Source of the DNA: Candidatus Eiseniibacteriota bacterium
GTDB lineage: Bacteria > Eisenbacteria > RBG-16-71-46
Direction: 5' to 3'
Assembly (NCBI GenBank): GCA_044222065.1
Contig: JBGAOA010000028.1
Coordinates: 1 to 52,476 of the forward strand
Length of the DNA stretch: 52,476 nucleotides
Shown here: piece by piece, positions 26,635-36,185 of the stretch
How positions within the stretch are numbered: the first letter of the stretch is position 1
How the letters are laid out: every line of letters begins with the position of its first letter
The notes under the pieces: model-generated
The model's database searches: none
What the model was told of the DNA's origin: nothing
Seen by the model: only the letters and a program-made list of their open reading frames with translations
Made by a program: the position numbers and the translations under genes

Positions 26635-28566
26635 ATGAGACGCCTCCTCGCTTCGCTGCTCGCCCTCGCGCTCGCCGCCGGCATCGCCCACGCGCGCACC
26701 GCTCCGAATCCCTCCGGGCATCCGACTCCGGGCCTCGACGCGGTGCGCTCGGCCTCGAAGCGCGCCGTCGTGAACTCCGTGCCGCAGCCGCCGCGCCCCG
26801 TGGACCTTCCGGCCGGCGCGACGCAGATCGACTCCGTGTACTACGACCTGCTCGACATGGGCTCCTACGGCCAGCACGTCATCGTCACGCCCGACGGCAC
26901 GGTGCACGCGGCGTGGCAGGACGACTGGTGCGAACTCGCGGGCCTGTGCCCGCCGAATCCGAACGCCGTGCAGCCGTACCCGAAGCGCGGCATGCACTAC
27001 GCGATCCGCGACGGCGTCGGCGCGTGGACGCACGTCGGCAAGCCGACCGATCCGGACAACGCCGCGTGCTGCCCGCTCACCGAGGACTTCGGCGGCTTCG
27101 GCACGCTCGACCTGACGCCGACGGGTCGCGCGGTGATCGCGCAGCACATGAACGAGGAAGGCTGCGACCTGCGCAGCCACCTGTGGCTCGAGGATTCGCC
27201 CGCCGCGTCCACCTGGGCCTCGCTGCTCGCGCCGGTGCGGCTCGACGGCGGCCAGAGCCTGCTGTTCCCGCAGGCGGCGGCGCTGCCGAACGGCTCGTTC
27301 CTGATCATGGCCGAGGCGCCGCGCGTCGGGATCTACGACGAGGTGGACGACTTCAAGCTCAGCCGCTACGCCTCGGGCGGTCCGTTCGCGCGCTGCGCAT
27401 GGCCGGGCTCGAACTGGGCCTCGATCGCGCCCACGACGCTGTTCCTCGACGGCAAGCCCGCGTTCCCCGCGATCGCGGTCGCGAGCGACGGCCGCGCCGG
27501 CGTCGCGGTCGGCGACTTCGGCGGGAACATGTACCTGATCGAGTCGTCGAACGGCACGTTCAACGCCGGCACCGTCACGATCCGCAATCTCACGAACTAC
27601 ACGAACGCGCAGGTCACGGTCGGCGATTCGACGTCATCGCAGTACCGCGCGTTCGTGAACTGCGGCCTCGCGTACGCCGACACGACGCCGCACGTCGTGT
27701 GGTCCGAGCTGCAGGCGCGCAAAGTCGGCGCGAACGTCGAGTACTTCGACTGGCGCAGCCGCATCCGCCACTGGTCCTCGACGCGCGGCGCGAGCACCGT
27801 GTACCAGGTGCAGGCCGGCGAAGCGGACCACTTCGACGACGTCGACAATTTCCTCGCGGGCCCGCTCGCGGGCTTCAACACGATCTCCGTGGACTGGCCG
27901 CAGGTCGGGTTCTCGCCCGACAAGAGCGAGATCTACGTCTCGTTCCTGCGCTTCAACGACGCCCAGATCGACACGAGCGCGCACATGGGCGCGCCGGGCC
28001 TCATCACCGGCGTCGGCTTTGCCGACGTCTCGGTGTGCGTCGCGCGCGGCGCGGGCGCGTTCTCGGTGCCGCAGAACGTCACGAACACGCCGCTCACCGA
28101 CGAGCGCTTCGTGTCGCTCGCCGCGAACAACCCGGGCGGACGCGCGCACCTCTTGCTGCAGGCGTCGGCGACCGACCAGGCCGGCAGCGAGCTGATCGGC
28201 GACCGCCTGCCGCTCGCGCCGGTTCCGCTCAAACGCCGCATCGCGTACTTGGAGCCGAAGCTCAACGCGAGCCTCGTCGCCGTCGAGGACGGCGATGCGC
28301 CGGCTTTCGCGCCGCGGCTCGCCGCGTGGCCGAACCCGGCGCGCACGCGCGTCACGTTCGCAGCGACGTCGCACGCCGCCACCGGCGCCGTGCGGATCTA
28401 CACCGTGGATGGGCGCTTCGTCGCCCGCGCGCCGTTCGGCGCCGGCGGCGAGGCGGTCTGGGAGGGGAGGGACGGGCGAGGGACGCCGATGCCGACGGGC
28501 GTCTACTTCGCTCGCGGGGAGGGAGGGGACTCGAACGCCGGCACACGGTTCCTCTGGATCCACTGA
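26635..28566 (+). CDS. Secreted Cys-containing beta-rich protein with a C-terminal FlgD-Ig/T9SS-like sorting domain
   Basis: Signal peptide AHA. C-terminus AWPNP....V.IY.V.GR.V......W.G.D..G.....GVYF.R. Confidence 0.75.
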   Translation: MRRLLASLLALALAAGIAHARTAPNPSGHPTPGLDAVRSASKRAVVNSVPQPPRPVDLPAGATQIDSVYYDLLDMGSYGQHVIVTPDGTVHAAWQDDWCELAGLCPPNPNAVQPYPKRGMHYAIRDGVGAWTHVGKPTDPDNAACCPLTEDFGGFGTLDLTPTGRAVIAQHMNEEGCDLRSHLWLEDSPAASTWASLLAPVRLDGGQSLLFPQAAALPNGSFLIMAEAPRVGIYDEVDDFKLSRYASGGPFARCAWPGSNWASIAPTTLFLDGKPAFPAIAVASDGRAGVAVGDFGGNMYLIESSNGTFNAGTVTIRNLTNYTNAQVTVGDSTSSQYRAFVNCGLAYADTTPHVVWSELQARKVGANVEYFDWRSRIRHWSSTRGASTVYQVQAGEADHFDDVDNFLAGPLAGFNTISVDWPQVGFSPDKSEIYVSFLRFNDAQIDTSAHMGAPGLITGVGFADVSVCVARGAGAFSVPQNVTNTPLTDERFVSLAANNPGGRAHLLLQASATDQAGSELIGDRLPLAPVPLKRRIAYLEPKLNASLVAVEDGDAPAFAPRLAAWPNPARTRVTFAATSHAATGAVRIYTVDGRFVARAPFGAGGEAVWEGRDGRGTPMPTGVYFARGEGGDSNAGTRFLWIH

Positions 28567-28660
28567 CGCACGACTTCGGCGTCGCGGCCCCGCCATCCGC
28601 CGCGTCGCGACTCACTCGCAGGATGGCGACGACGAACCCGCTCGAAAGGAGCCCGCTGTC

Positions 28661-29428
28661 ATGATTCTCAGGACTCGTGTACTCGCCACGACGGCAGGAC
28701 TCATGCTGATTGCGTCGGCCGCGCTGGCCGCGCCCTATCGCCAGGAGCACGTCACCGGCGGCGCCCTCGATCTGTCGTGGCGCAACGGCTACGACACTTC
28801 GAACAGCATGCAACCGCTCACGCTCGACGCCTCGGATCCGGCCTATGCGAATCCGTCCGGGGACCACACGGTCGGTCTGTGCACGACCGCGATTCCCGAC
28901 TCCGGCGGCATCATCGTCACGACGGTCGACGCGGCCGGGATCAACGACTACATGTGGGAGGCGTACATGAACACCGGCGCCGGCAACGCGCGGCGCGGGA
29001 TCATCGTGCGCGCGACGCCCGGCGCGAACGCGAAGAACTTCTACTACTTCGTGATCGAGTCCGGCCTGTTCCAGATCCGCTTCCGCCGCATCCAGGCGGG
29101 CGCGCTGCCCACGGACCCGCCGACGGTCGTGACGCTCGGCAACTGGTTCGCGAACACGCTGCCGTTCTCGATCGGCGTGAACCAGTGGGTGAACATGAAG
29201 GTCATCGCGACGGGCTCGACGTTCCGTTGCTTCCTGAACGGCTACGAGCTCACGTCGCCGCCGATCTCGGACTCGGTGCTCCCGACCGGAGACGTCGGCT
29301 GCTACGACTTCCGCTTCGACATCGGGAACATCCCGACCTACTACGACGACCTGCTGCTCACGGACATGTCCGCGACGCCGGCCCGCAACACGACGTGGGG
29401 CGCGGTGAAGTCGCTGTACCGGCGCTGA
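28661..29428 (+). CDS. Secreted beta-sandwich (ConA/DUF1080-like) protein with a C-terminal TTWGAVKSLYR tail
   Basis: RBS AAAGGAG, signal peptide ALA, W..MKV...G.......NG, G.VG and YYDDL motifs, and the tail motif. Confidence 0.7.
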   Translation: MILRTRVLATTAGLMLIASAALAAPYRQEHVTGGALDLSWRNGYDTSNSMQPLTLDASDPAYANPSGDHTVGLCTTAIPDSGGIIVTTVDAAGINDYMWEAYMNTGAGNARRGIIVRATPGANAKNFYYFVIESGLFQIRFRRIQAGALPTDPPTVVTLGNWFANTLPFSIGVNQWVNMKVIATGSTFRCFLNGYELTSPPISDSVLPTGDVGCYDFRFDIGNIPTYYDDLLLTDMSATPARNTTWGAVKSLYRR

Positions 29429-29476
29429 GCGCGCGCGCGACCTGCGACCGTTTCGTCTCGGGGGAGGGACGGAATG

Positions 29477-29517
29477 AAAAAGGGGCCCGAGGGCAAGCTC
29501 GGGCCCCGTCGCTTTTC
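29477..29517. terminator. Probable bidirectional terminator
   Basis: AAAAA-GGGGCCCGAG-GGCAAG-CTCGGGCCCC-GTCGCTTTT between convergent genes. Confidence 0.65.
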
Positions 29518-29528
29518 CGGCCGCGGGC

Positions 29529-31376
29529 TCAGCGCCGCCGCGGGCGCGCCGTGCGACGCGCCGCCGCCTTCCGCACGACCTTGCCGTCGGCCGCGTCGCC
29601 GCGCTTCGCGGCATCGAGCAGCGCCTTCGGCACTCGAACCGGCATGGCCAGCAAGGCGTGGGACAGCGTCTTGCCCTGCGCGTCGAGCCGCAGCGACACC
29701 GTGCCGCCGCCGCCGAGCGATTCGTGCAGCAGGAAGTTCAGCGCGCCGAGGTTCGGCACGTCGTGGCGCTCGACCCGGCCGAGGCAGATGCCCTTGAAGC
29801 GCCGCTTCACGACCGCCGCCGTCACCGTGCGGGCGAGCCACGGGTAGATCTCGGGCGCGCGCGCGATGAGCCCGATGTTCGCGGTGTCGCCCTTGTCGCC
29901 GCTCCGTCCGTGCGCGAGGTCCGAGAGCCGCGCGGCGACGAGCTTCGACGAGCCCTTCGCCTTCGGCCACGGTTCCGTCGCGAGCTTCGGCGGCTTCTGC
30001 GGCGCGAGGATCGGCGTCGGCCACTCGAGCGCGCGCTCGCCGTCGCGCGCCACGAGCGTCGGCTTCACCTTGTCGCGCGGCACGAGCGCCGGCCAGTACG
30101 CGACGACCTCCTGCGCCTGCGGGCGGCCGCCCGTGACGGCGACGCCCGGCGGCCCCGACAGGATCACCGCCGGCACCATCTTCGAGAACGCCTCGATCTT
30201 CGCCTTGTCGGCGTCGCGCACCGAGAGCCGCAGCAGCACTTCGTTCGCGTGCGCGTCCGCGACGAGCGGGCCCCAGCACGCGTTGCTGCCGACGAATTCG
30301 GTGTGCGTCGCGGCGAACGAGAGCCCGAGCCGCTTCCAGAAGAGCCGTGCGAACTCGCGCGCCTTCGCGACCGCGTCCGGCGCCGAGATGATCAGCGTGC
30401 CGCTCGCCTTCCAGCCGTCGAAGTAGGACGCGCTCACCTTGAGGCTCGAGGGCGCGGGCCGGCCCTTCACGCCCCACACGCGCACGCGGTCGCGGCCGAC
30501 CTGCTCGAGCCGGATCGTCGCGAAGTCGGCGACGACGTCGGGCGTGATGTAGCCGCGCGGATCGCCCATCTCGTAGACGAGCTGCTCCTTCACCGTGCGC
30601 ACCGTGACGGCGCCGCCCGTGCCGGCATGCTTCGTGACGACGAACGAACCGTCCTCGGACACTTCGAGGATCGGATAACCGATCGACTCGAAGCGCGCGA
30701 TGCGCCGCCAGTCGGTGAAGTTCCCGCCCGTGCTCTGCGCGCCGCACTCGACGATGTGGCCCGCGACGATCCCGGCCGCGAGCCGGTCCCAGTCGTCGGC
30801 CGCCCAGCCGAAGCGGTGGATCATCGGCGCGAGCGTGATGCCGGTGTCCGTGCAGCGTCCCGTCACGACGACCTGCGCGCCGCTCTTCAGCGCCTCCACG
30901 ACCGGCCACGCGCCGTAGTACGCGTTCGCGCTCGAGACGCGCTCGCGCACGCGCACGAACGGCGCGCCGGAATCCATGTCGTCGAGCGTGACGCCGCCCG
31001 CGTTCAGTTCGCCGAGCCGCTCCATCAGGTCGTCGCCGACGACGGCGGCGACGTCGAGCGCCACGCCCGCGCCCTGCGCCATCTCGAGCAGCGCTCCGCG
31101 GCAGGCGAGCGGGTTCACGCCGCCGGCGTTCGAGATCGCCTTCGTGCCGTGCTTCACGAGCAGCGGCAGCGATTCGCGCACCTGCGCGACGAAGTCGCGC
31201 GCGTAGCCCGCGCGCGGATCGCGCGCGCGCTGCTTCTGCATGATGGACATCGTGATCTCGGCGAGGAAGTCGAGCGAGATCACGTCCACGGGGCCGAGCT
31301 CGAGCTGGCGGCGGAACTGCCCGAGGTCGTCGCCCCAGTAGCCGCCGGCATTGGCGATGCGGAGAACGTCGGTCAT
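29529..31376 (-). CDS. atuA: Acyclic terpene utilization AtuA family protein (DUF1446 + C-terminal domain)
   Basis: RIAN..GYWGD, DFLAEITM, NAGG.NP, AGHI.ECG.Q.TGGN, YE..DP..YITPDV, RSGDKG and D.QGK motifs. Confidence 0.9.
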   Translation of the reverse strand: MTDVLRIANAGGYWGDDLGQFRRQLELGPVDVISLDFLAEITMSIMQKQRARDPRAGYARDFVAQVRESLPLLVKHGTKAISNAGGVNPLACRGALLEMAQGAGVALDVAAVVGDDLMERLGELNAGGVTLDDMDSGAPFVRVRERVSSANAYYGAWPVVEALKSGAQVVVTGRCTDTGITLAPMIHRFGWAADDWDRLAAGIVAGHIVECGAQSTGGNFTDWRRIARFESIGYPILEVSEDGSFVVTKHAGTGGAVTVRTVKEQLVYEMGDPRGYITPDVVADFATIRLEQVGRDRVRVWGVKGRPAPSSLKVSASYFDGWKASGTLIISAPDAVAKAREFARLFWKRLGLSFAATHTEFVGSNACWGPLVADAHANEVLLRLSVRDADKAKIEAFSKMVPAVILSGPPGVAVTGGRPQAQEVVAYWPALVPRDKVKPTLVARDGERALEWPTPILAPQKPPKLATEPWPKAKGSSKLVAARLSDLAHGRSGDKGDTANIGLIARAPEIYPWLARTVTAAVVKRRFKGICLGRVERHDVPNLGALNFLLHESLGGGGTVSLRLDAQGKTLSHALLAMPVRVPKALLDAAKRGDAADGKVVRKAAARRTARPRRR

Positions 31377-31518
31377 GGCTCTGGAGAAGAGGAGGGTGGG
31401 CGCTGCGCGGTGAGGAAGCGTGAGCCGCGGCAGCCTAGCACAGCGATTCGGCGCGGCTCGCGCGCCGTCCGTCCCGCGCGCTAGACTCCCCGCGCCGTTC
31501 CTCTCGAAGGAGCTCTCC

Positions 31519-32739
31519 ATGCCGAACCCGCCCGGACTTTCGCGGCGTGCGGACGCCATGCCCGCGTCGCCGATCCGCCGACTCGCTCCGCTGGCCGCCG
31601 CCGCGCGCCGCCGCGGACGCAACGTCCTGCCGCTCAACATCGGCCAGCCCGACATTCCGACGCCGCAGGTCATCCTCGACCGCCTGCGCGCCTGGAAGGA
31701 GCCGTACGTCGCCTACGGCCCGTCGCAGGGCCTGCCCGAGTTCCTCGAGGCGCTGCGCACGTACTACGCCGGCGCGGGCGTGACGCTCGACGTCGCCGAC
31801 CTGTTCGTCACGACCGCGGGCAGCGAGGCGCTGCTCTTCACGCTCGGCGCGCTGTGCGACCCGGGCGACCAGGTGCTCGTGTTCGAGCCGTTCTACACGA
31901 ACTACAACGGCTTCGCGTCGGTGCTCGGCGTCGAGCCGAAGCCCGTGACGACGCACGCCGAGGACGGCTACCACCTGCCGTCGCGCGCCACGATCGAAGC
32001 GGCGATCGGCCCGCGCGTGAAGGCCGTCCTCATCTGCTCGCCGAACAACCCGACCGGCACCGTCTACACCGACGCCGAGATCGAGATGCTCGCCGCGATC
32101 TGCCGCGAGCGCGGTCTGTGGCTCGTCGCCGACGAGGTGTACCGGGAGTTCGTCTACGACGGGAAGACCCACCGCTCGGTGCTGACGCTGAAGGGCATGG
32201 AGTCGCAGACGATCGTCGTGGACAGCGTCTCGAAGCGCTATTCGCTCTGCGGCGCGCGCGTCGGGAACATCGTGTGCCGCAATCGCGCGTTCATGGACGC
32301 GATCCTGCGCTTCGGCCAGGCGCGCCTGTGCCCGCCAACGGTCGCGCAGTGGGCGTGCACGGCGCTCACCGAGGTGCCGAAGGACTACATCCCGGGCGTC
32401 ATCGCCGAATATCAGAAGCGACGCGACGCGGTGCTCGAGTCGCTGCAGCGCGTGCCGGGCGTCGTCGTGCGGCGTCCCGAGGGCGCGTTCTACGTGTGCG
32501 CGAAGCTGCCGATCGACGACGGGAACGCGTTCGCGAGCTGGATGCTCGAGTCGTTCGACCTCGGCGGCGACACCGTCATGGTCGCACCGGCCGACGGCTT
32601 CTACGCGACGCCGGGGCTCGGGCGCGACGAAGTGCGAATCGCGTACGTGCTCGAACGCGCGAAGCTGGAACGCGCGATGGCGTGCCTCACCGCGGCGCTC
32701 GTCGCGTATCCGGGGCGCACCGCCGCGGCCGTGCGCTGA
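31519..32739 (+). CDS. PLP-dependent class I/II aminotransferase (aspartate aminotransferase-like)
   Basis: LNIGQPD, PNNPTG, DEVY, SVSKRYS.CGAR.G (PLP lysine) and PEGAFY. RBS AAGGAG. Confidence 0.92.
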   Translation: MPNPPGLSRRADAMPASPIRRLAPLAAAARRRGRNVLPLNIGQPDIPTPQVILDRLRAWKEPYVAYGPSQGLPEFLEALRTYYAGAGVTLDVADLFVTTAGSEALLFTLGALCDPGDQVLVFEPFYTNYNGFASVLGVEPKPVTTHAEDGYHLPSRATIEAAIGPRVKAVLICSPNNPTGTVYTDAEIEMLAAICRERGLWLVADEVYREFVYDGKTHRSVLTLKGMESQTIVVDSVSKRYSLCGARVGNIVCRNRAFMDAILRFGQARLCPPTVAQWACTALTEVPKDYIPGVIAEYQKRRDAVLESLQRVPGVVVRRPEGAFYVCAKLPIDDGNAFASWMLESFDLGGDTVMVAPADGFYATPGLGRDEVRIAYVLERAKLERAMACLTAALVAYPGRTAAAVR

Positions 32740-32761
32740 CGCGCGCGGACCGCTCCACGAC

Positions 32762-34579
32762 TCAGGCGGCGCGGCGCGCCGGCCCCCCGGCGCGGGCGCC
32801 CGCGACGGCGCGGCGCCGCGGCACGCGTATCACGACTTCGACGGCGCCGCCGGCGGCGTTGCGGGCCTCGATCGTGCCGCCGTGCGCCTCGACGACCTCG
32901 CGTGCGATGCCGAGTGCGGCGACCGGCGACGGATCTCCGTCGGCGCTCGCCGCGCCGAAGCTGCGGTCGAACAGGGCCTCGATCTCGTCCGGCGCGAGCG
33001 CGGCTCCGTCGTGCGCGACGACGATCTCGAGCGTTTCGTCACGTTCGCCGGCCGACACGCGCACCGCTCGGTCCGCGGCCGCGCGCCGCATCGCGAAGCC
33101 GACGACGCCGGCGATCGCGTCCGCCAGCCGCGCGCCGTCCACGTCGAACGGGCGCAGGCCGGGAGCGACGGCGCTCTCGACCTTCGGAGAGCCCGGCGCC
33201 GCGGCGAGCGCGAGCCCGGCGGCACGCTCGACGAGCGGGCCGATCGGCTGCGGCTCGAGCCGCAGCTGGATGCGCTCGCCCTTCACCTGCGCCATGCGCG
33301 TCGCCTCGTCGGCGATCGTCGTGAGCTTCGTCAGGCAGCCCTTGATCGCGTCGAGCGCCTGCTGCTGCGACGGCGCGACGGCGCCGAACGCGCCGCTCGC
33401 GAGCAGGTCGCTGTAGCCCTGGATCGCGCTGATCGGCGAGCGCAGCTCGTGCGACGCGACGCGGATGAACTCGGTCTTGAGCTTCGTCAGCTCCTCGAGG
33501 CTCGTGACGTAGGCGTGTTCGCGTTCGCGCATCTCTCCGAACCGCGACACGAGGTAGCCGAGTTCGTCGCGCCCCCGCGCGGTGAGCGGCGACTCGTAGT
33601 TGCCGCTCTGCATCTCGTGCGCGGCGCGCACGAGCTGCTGGACCGGTCGCAGCAGCGCGCGCGACAGCGCGAGTCCCGTGAGGACCGCGGCGAGCACCGC
33701 GACGATCGCGAGCGTCGTGAGGTCGTGGTGCATGCGTTCGAGGAACTCGACTTCGGGGTCGAGTGCGCGCTGCATGACGTACAGCTGCCCGGACGCCGTC
33801 GTCGAGCCCGGCAGCTGGCGCGCGACCGCGATCCAGCGGTGCCCCGAGCCCTCGACTTCGAACAGGTCGAGCCGCCGCGGATCGAACTCGCTGCTCGCGC
33901 GCAACGACCGGAGCCGCGTGGTCAGCGCGGCGCGATCCTGCTCCGAGGCGAGCGTCGTGCCGAGCACGTCGTCCTGCGCGAGGAACGTGACGTCGCTCAT
34001 CATTTGCGAACGCATCAGGTTCGCGAGCTTGGGTCCGATCTCGGAGCCGAGCAGCAGCACGCCGACGACGCGGCCGTCCGCGCGCACCGGCGTCACGCTC
34101 GTCTGGTACGGCGTGCCGTCCACGACGATCACGCCCGTGCCGGGGCGTCCCGCGAGGGCCGCGCGCAGCAGCGGCGTGCGCGCGGCGGCGTCCGATCGCG
34201 CGTCGCCGACGGACGCGAGCTCGCGGCCGCGCGAGTCGAAGACCTCGAACAGCTCGGTGTTCGTGATGCCGTTGAACTCGCGCGCCATCGCGCGGACCGT
34301 CGAGATGAAGCGCGAGTCGCGCTGCCTGAGCCCGAGCGTGAGCAGCGAGAAGAAGCGCGGATCGCGCGCGACCACTTCCGCGCCGCCGGCCTGCGCGCGC
34401 GCGCGGACGGCGAGCATGCTCTCGAACACGCGCACCGACTGCTGCAGGTTCTCGTGCAGGCTCGAGGAGTCCACGTGCAGCCGTACGTTGCGCTGCACCG
34501 TGAACACGGCGGCGACGCCGAGCGACAGCGGCGTCAGCACCGTGATGAGCAGGATCTTCCAACGCAGTCCGATGCGCAT
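32762..34579 (-). CDS. Sensor with periplasmic domain, HAMP and HisKA, and a degenerate HATPase domain
   Basis: Two TM helices, HAMP (DELG.L), H-box SHELRSP. The N, G1 and G2 boxes are degenerate. Confidence 0.8.
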   Translation of the reverse strand: MRIGLRWKILLITVLTPLSLGVAAVFTVQRNVRLHVDSSSLHENLQQSVRVFESMLAVRARAQAGGAEVVARDPRFFSLLTLGLRQRDSRFISTVRAMAREFNGITNTELFEVFDSRGRELASVGDARSDAAARTPLLRAALAGRPGTGVIVVDGTPYQTSVTPVRADGRVVGVLLLGSEIGPKLANLMRSQMMSDVTFLAQDDVLGTTLASEQDRAALTTRLRSLRASSEFDPRRLDLFEVEGSGHRWIAVARQLPGSTTASGQLYVMQRALDPEVEFLERMHHDLTTLAIVAVLAAVLTGLALSRALLRPVQQLVRAAHEMQSGNYESPLTARGRDELGYLVSRFGEMREREHAYVTSLEELTKLKTEFIRVASHELRSPISAIQGYSDLLASGAFGAVAPSQQQALDAIKGCLTKLTTIADEATRMAQVKGERIQLRLEPQPIGPLVERAAGLALAAAPGSPKVESAVAPGLRPFDVDGARLADAIAGVVGFAMRRAAADRAVRVSAGERDETLEIVVAHDGAALAPDEIEALFDRSFGAASADGDPSPVAALGIAREVVEAHGGTIEARNAAGGAVEVVIRVPRRRAVAGARAGGPARRAA

Positions 34580-34581
34580 GG

Positions 34582-35244
34582 TCAGTAGGTGATCTGCAGG
34601 CCGAGGTCGCCGCGCTTCGGCAGCTCGAAGTCGACGCGCTTGTCGCCGAGGCGCGGATGCCACACGTGGGCGGTGTAACGGCCGGGCGCGAGCTTGCGGA
34701 ACTCGAACCGGCCGGCGGTGTCGGGACGGGCGATCGCGTGGTTCGGCGTCACGACGACGTAGCCGATCTCGTCCGGGTGGATGTCGCAGTGCAGGTTCGC
34801 GACCCCGGCGCGATCGAACGTGAGCGTGTCCACGAAGCCCGGCGCGTAGTGCCCGAGGTCGAAGCGCCGCGCCGCGGACACGCTGAACGTCGTGTGGTAG
34901 ACGCGGTCGGCGTTCTCGAACACGACCGCATCCCCGGCCACGGTCGCGAGCACGCGCGGCGAGAAGCGCAGCTGCTTCTGCACGATGCGCGGCAGCGGCA
35001 GCGGCTTCGCGAACCAGCCGCGGTTCGTGAGCTTCCGCTCGACCGCCGCGGGCACGCGCTCGAGGTAGACGACCGCGTCCCGGATGCCGCTCTGCGCTTT
35101 CGCGGTCTTGCCCGCGGTGCGCGTCGCCTCGCGCGCCGCGCTCTTCGAAAGCCACAACTGACCGCGCACGATTCCGGCGGCGGCGGCGGGAACGGCGCAC
35201 AGCAGCGCCGCGCACAGCAGCGGACCGGTGAGGCGAAGGCGCAT
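34582..35244 (-). CDS. Secreted cupredoxin-fold protein ('methylamine utilization protein'-like) with a carboxypeptidase-regulatory-like domain
   Basis: Q....F.P.V.....G..V.F.N.D...H, FD.G, CDIH and G.Y....WHP motifs. Confidence 0.75.
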   Translation of the reverse strand: MRLRLTGPLLCAALLCAVPAAAAGIVRGQLWLSKSAAREATRTAGKTAKAQSGIRDAVVYLERVPAAVERKLTNRGWFAKPLPLPRIVQKQLRFSPRVLATVAGDAVVFENADRVYHTTFSVSAARRFDLGHYAPGFVDTLTFDRAGVANLHCDIHPDEIGYVVVTPNHAIARPDTAGRFEFRKLAPGRYTAHVWHPRLGDKRVDFELPKRGDLGLQITY

Positions 35245-35597
35245 GGGAATGCTCTTCCCTGAGTCGAGAGAACGGAGGGGTTGCCGGGTGGCTTCACGGA
35301 GCGTTTTCGGCGCTCCGGCCCCGGACCTGAACGCGTTTCAACGCGGTTTGCCGACCCGGGGAGGGCCGGCCCGTGGCCCGGGAGACGGTTGCGCACCCCC
35401 CGTGGACCGCCCGGGAGCCGCGGATTTCGCGGGCGATCCCCCTGCCGCGTCGCGCGGGCGTGCCGGACCGAGCCATCGGGCCCCGGGGCCTCCCGGCGCG
35501 TTGGCCGCACCCCGCGGCCCGATGCTAGGTTTCCGCCGCTTTCCTTCCCGTTCCGTTCCCACCGCGCCGCGTCGCCGGCGCCTCCGACGAGGAACCC

Positions 35598-36185
35598 ATG
35601 GCCACTTCCCGATCGCTGACCCTCGCCGACGTCGCCGCGCCGCGCGCCGGCGTCCTCGGCAACGTCCTCTGGATCGTCGGCGCGACGCTCGTGACCGCGC
35701 TCGCCGCCCAGGCCTCGTTCCGCCTGCCCGGGACACCGGTGCCGATCACCGGCCAGACGTTCGCGGTGCTGCTGACCGGCGCCGTGCTCGGTTCGCGGCG
35801 CGGCGCGCTCGCGATGCTCGCCTACCTCGCCGAGGGCGCCGCAGGACTGCCGGTGTTCGCCGAATTGTCGGGCGGCGCGCACGTGTTCGCGGGTCCCACG
35901 GCGGGCTACCTCGCCGCGTTCCCGCTCGCGGCGTTCGTCACCGGCGCGCTCGCCGAGCGCGGCTGGGACCGTCGCTTCGCGAGCATGGTCGCCGCGATGC
36001 TGCTCGGCAGCTCGGTGATCTTCGCGCTCGGACTCACGGTGCTGTCGCGCTTCGTGCCCGCGGACGCGCTGCTCCAGACCGGGCTGCTGCCGTTCGTGCC
36101 GGGCGATCTCGTGAAGTCGTCGCTCGCCGCGATCGCGTTCCCCGGCGCGTGGTCGCTCGTGCGCCGCTCCGGAGGCCGGGCTTGA
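35598..36185 (+). CDS. bioY: Biotin transporter BioY
   Basis: PVPITGQTFAVLL.G, YL..G..GLPVFA, GPT.GYL and PF.PGD.VK motifs. Confidence 0.92.
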   Translation: MATSRSLTLADVAAPRAGVLGNVLWIVGATLVTALAAQASFRLPGTPVPITGQTFAVLLTGAVLGSRRGALAMLAYLAEGAAGLPVFAELSGGAHVFAGPTAGYLAAFPLAAFVTGALAERGWDRRFASMVAAMLLGSSVIFALGLTVLSRFVPADALLQTGLLPFVPGDLVKSSLAAIAFPGAWSLVRRSGGRA

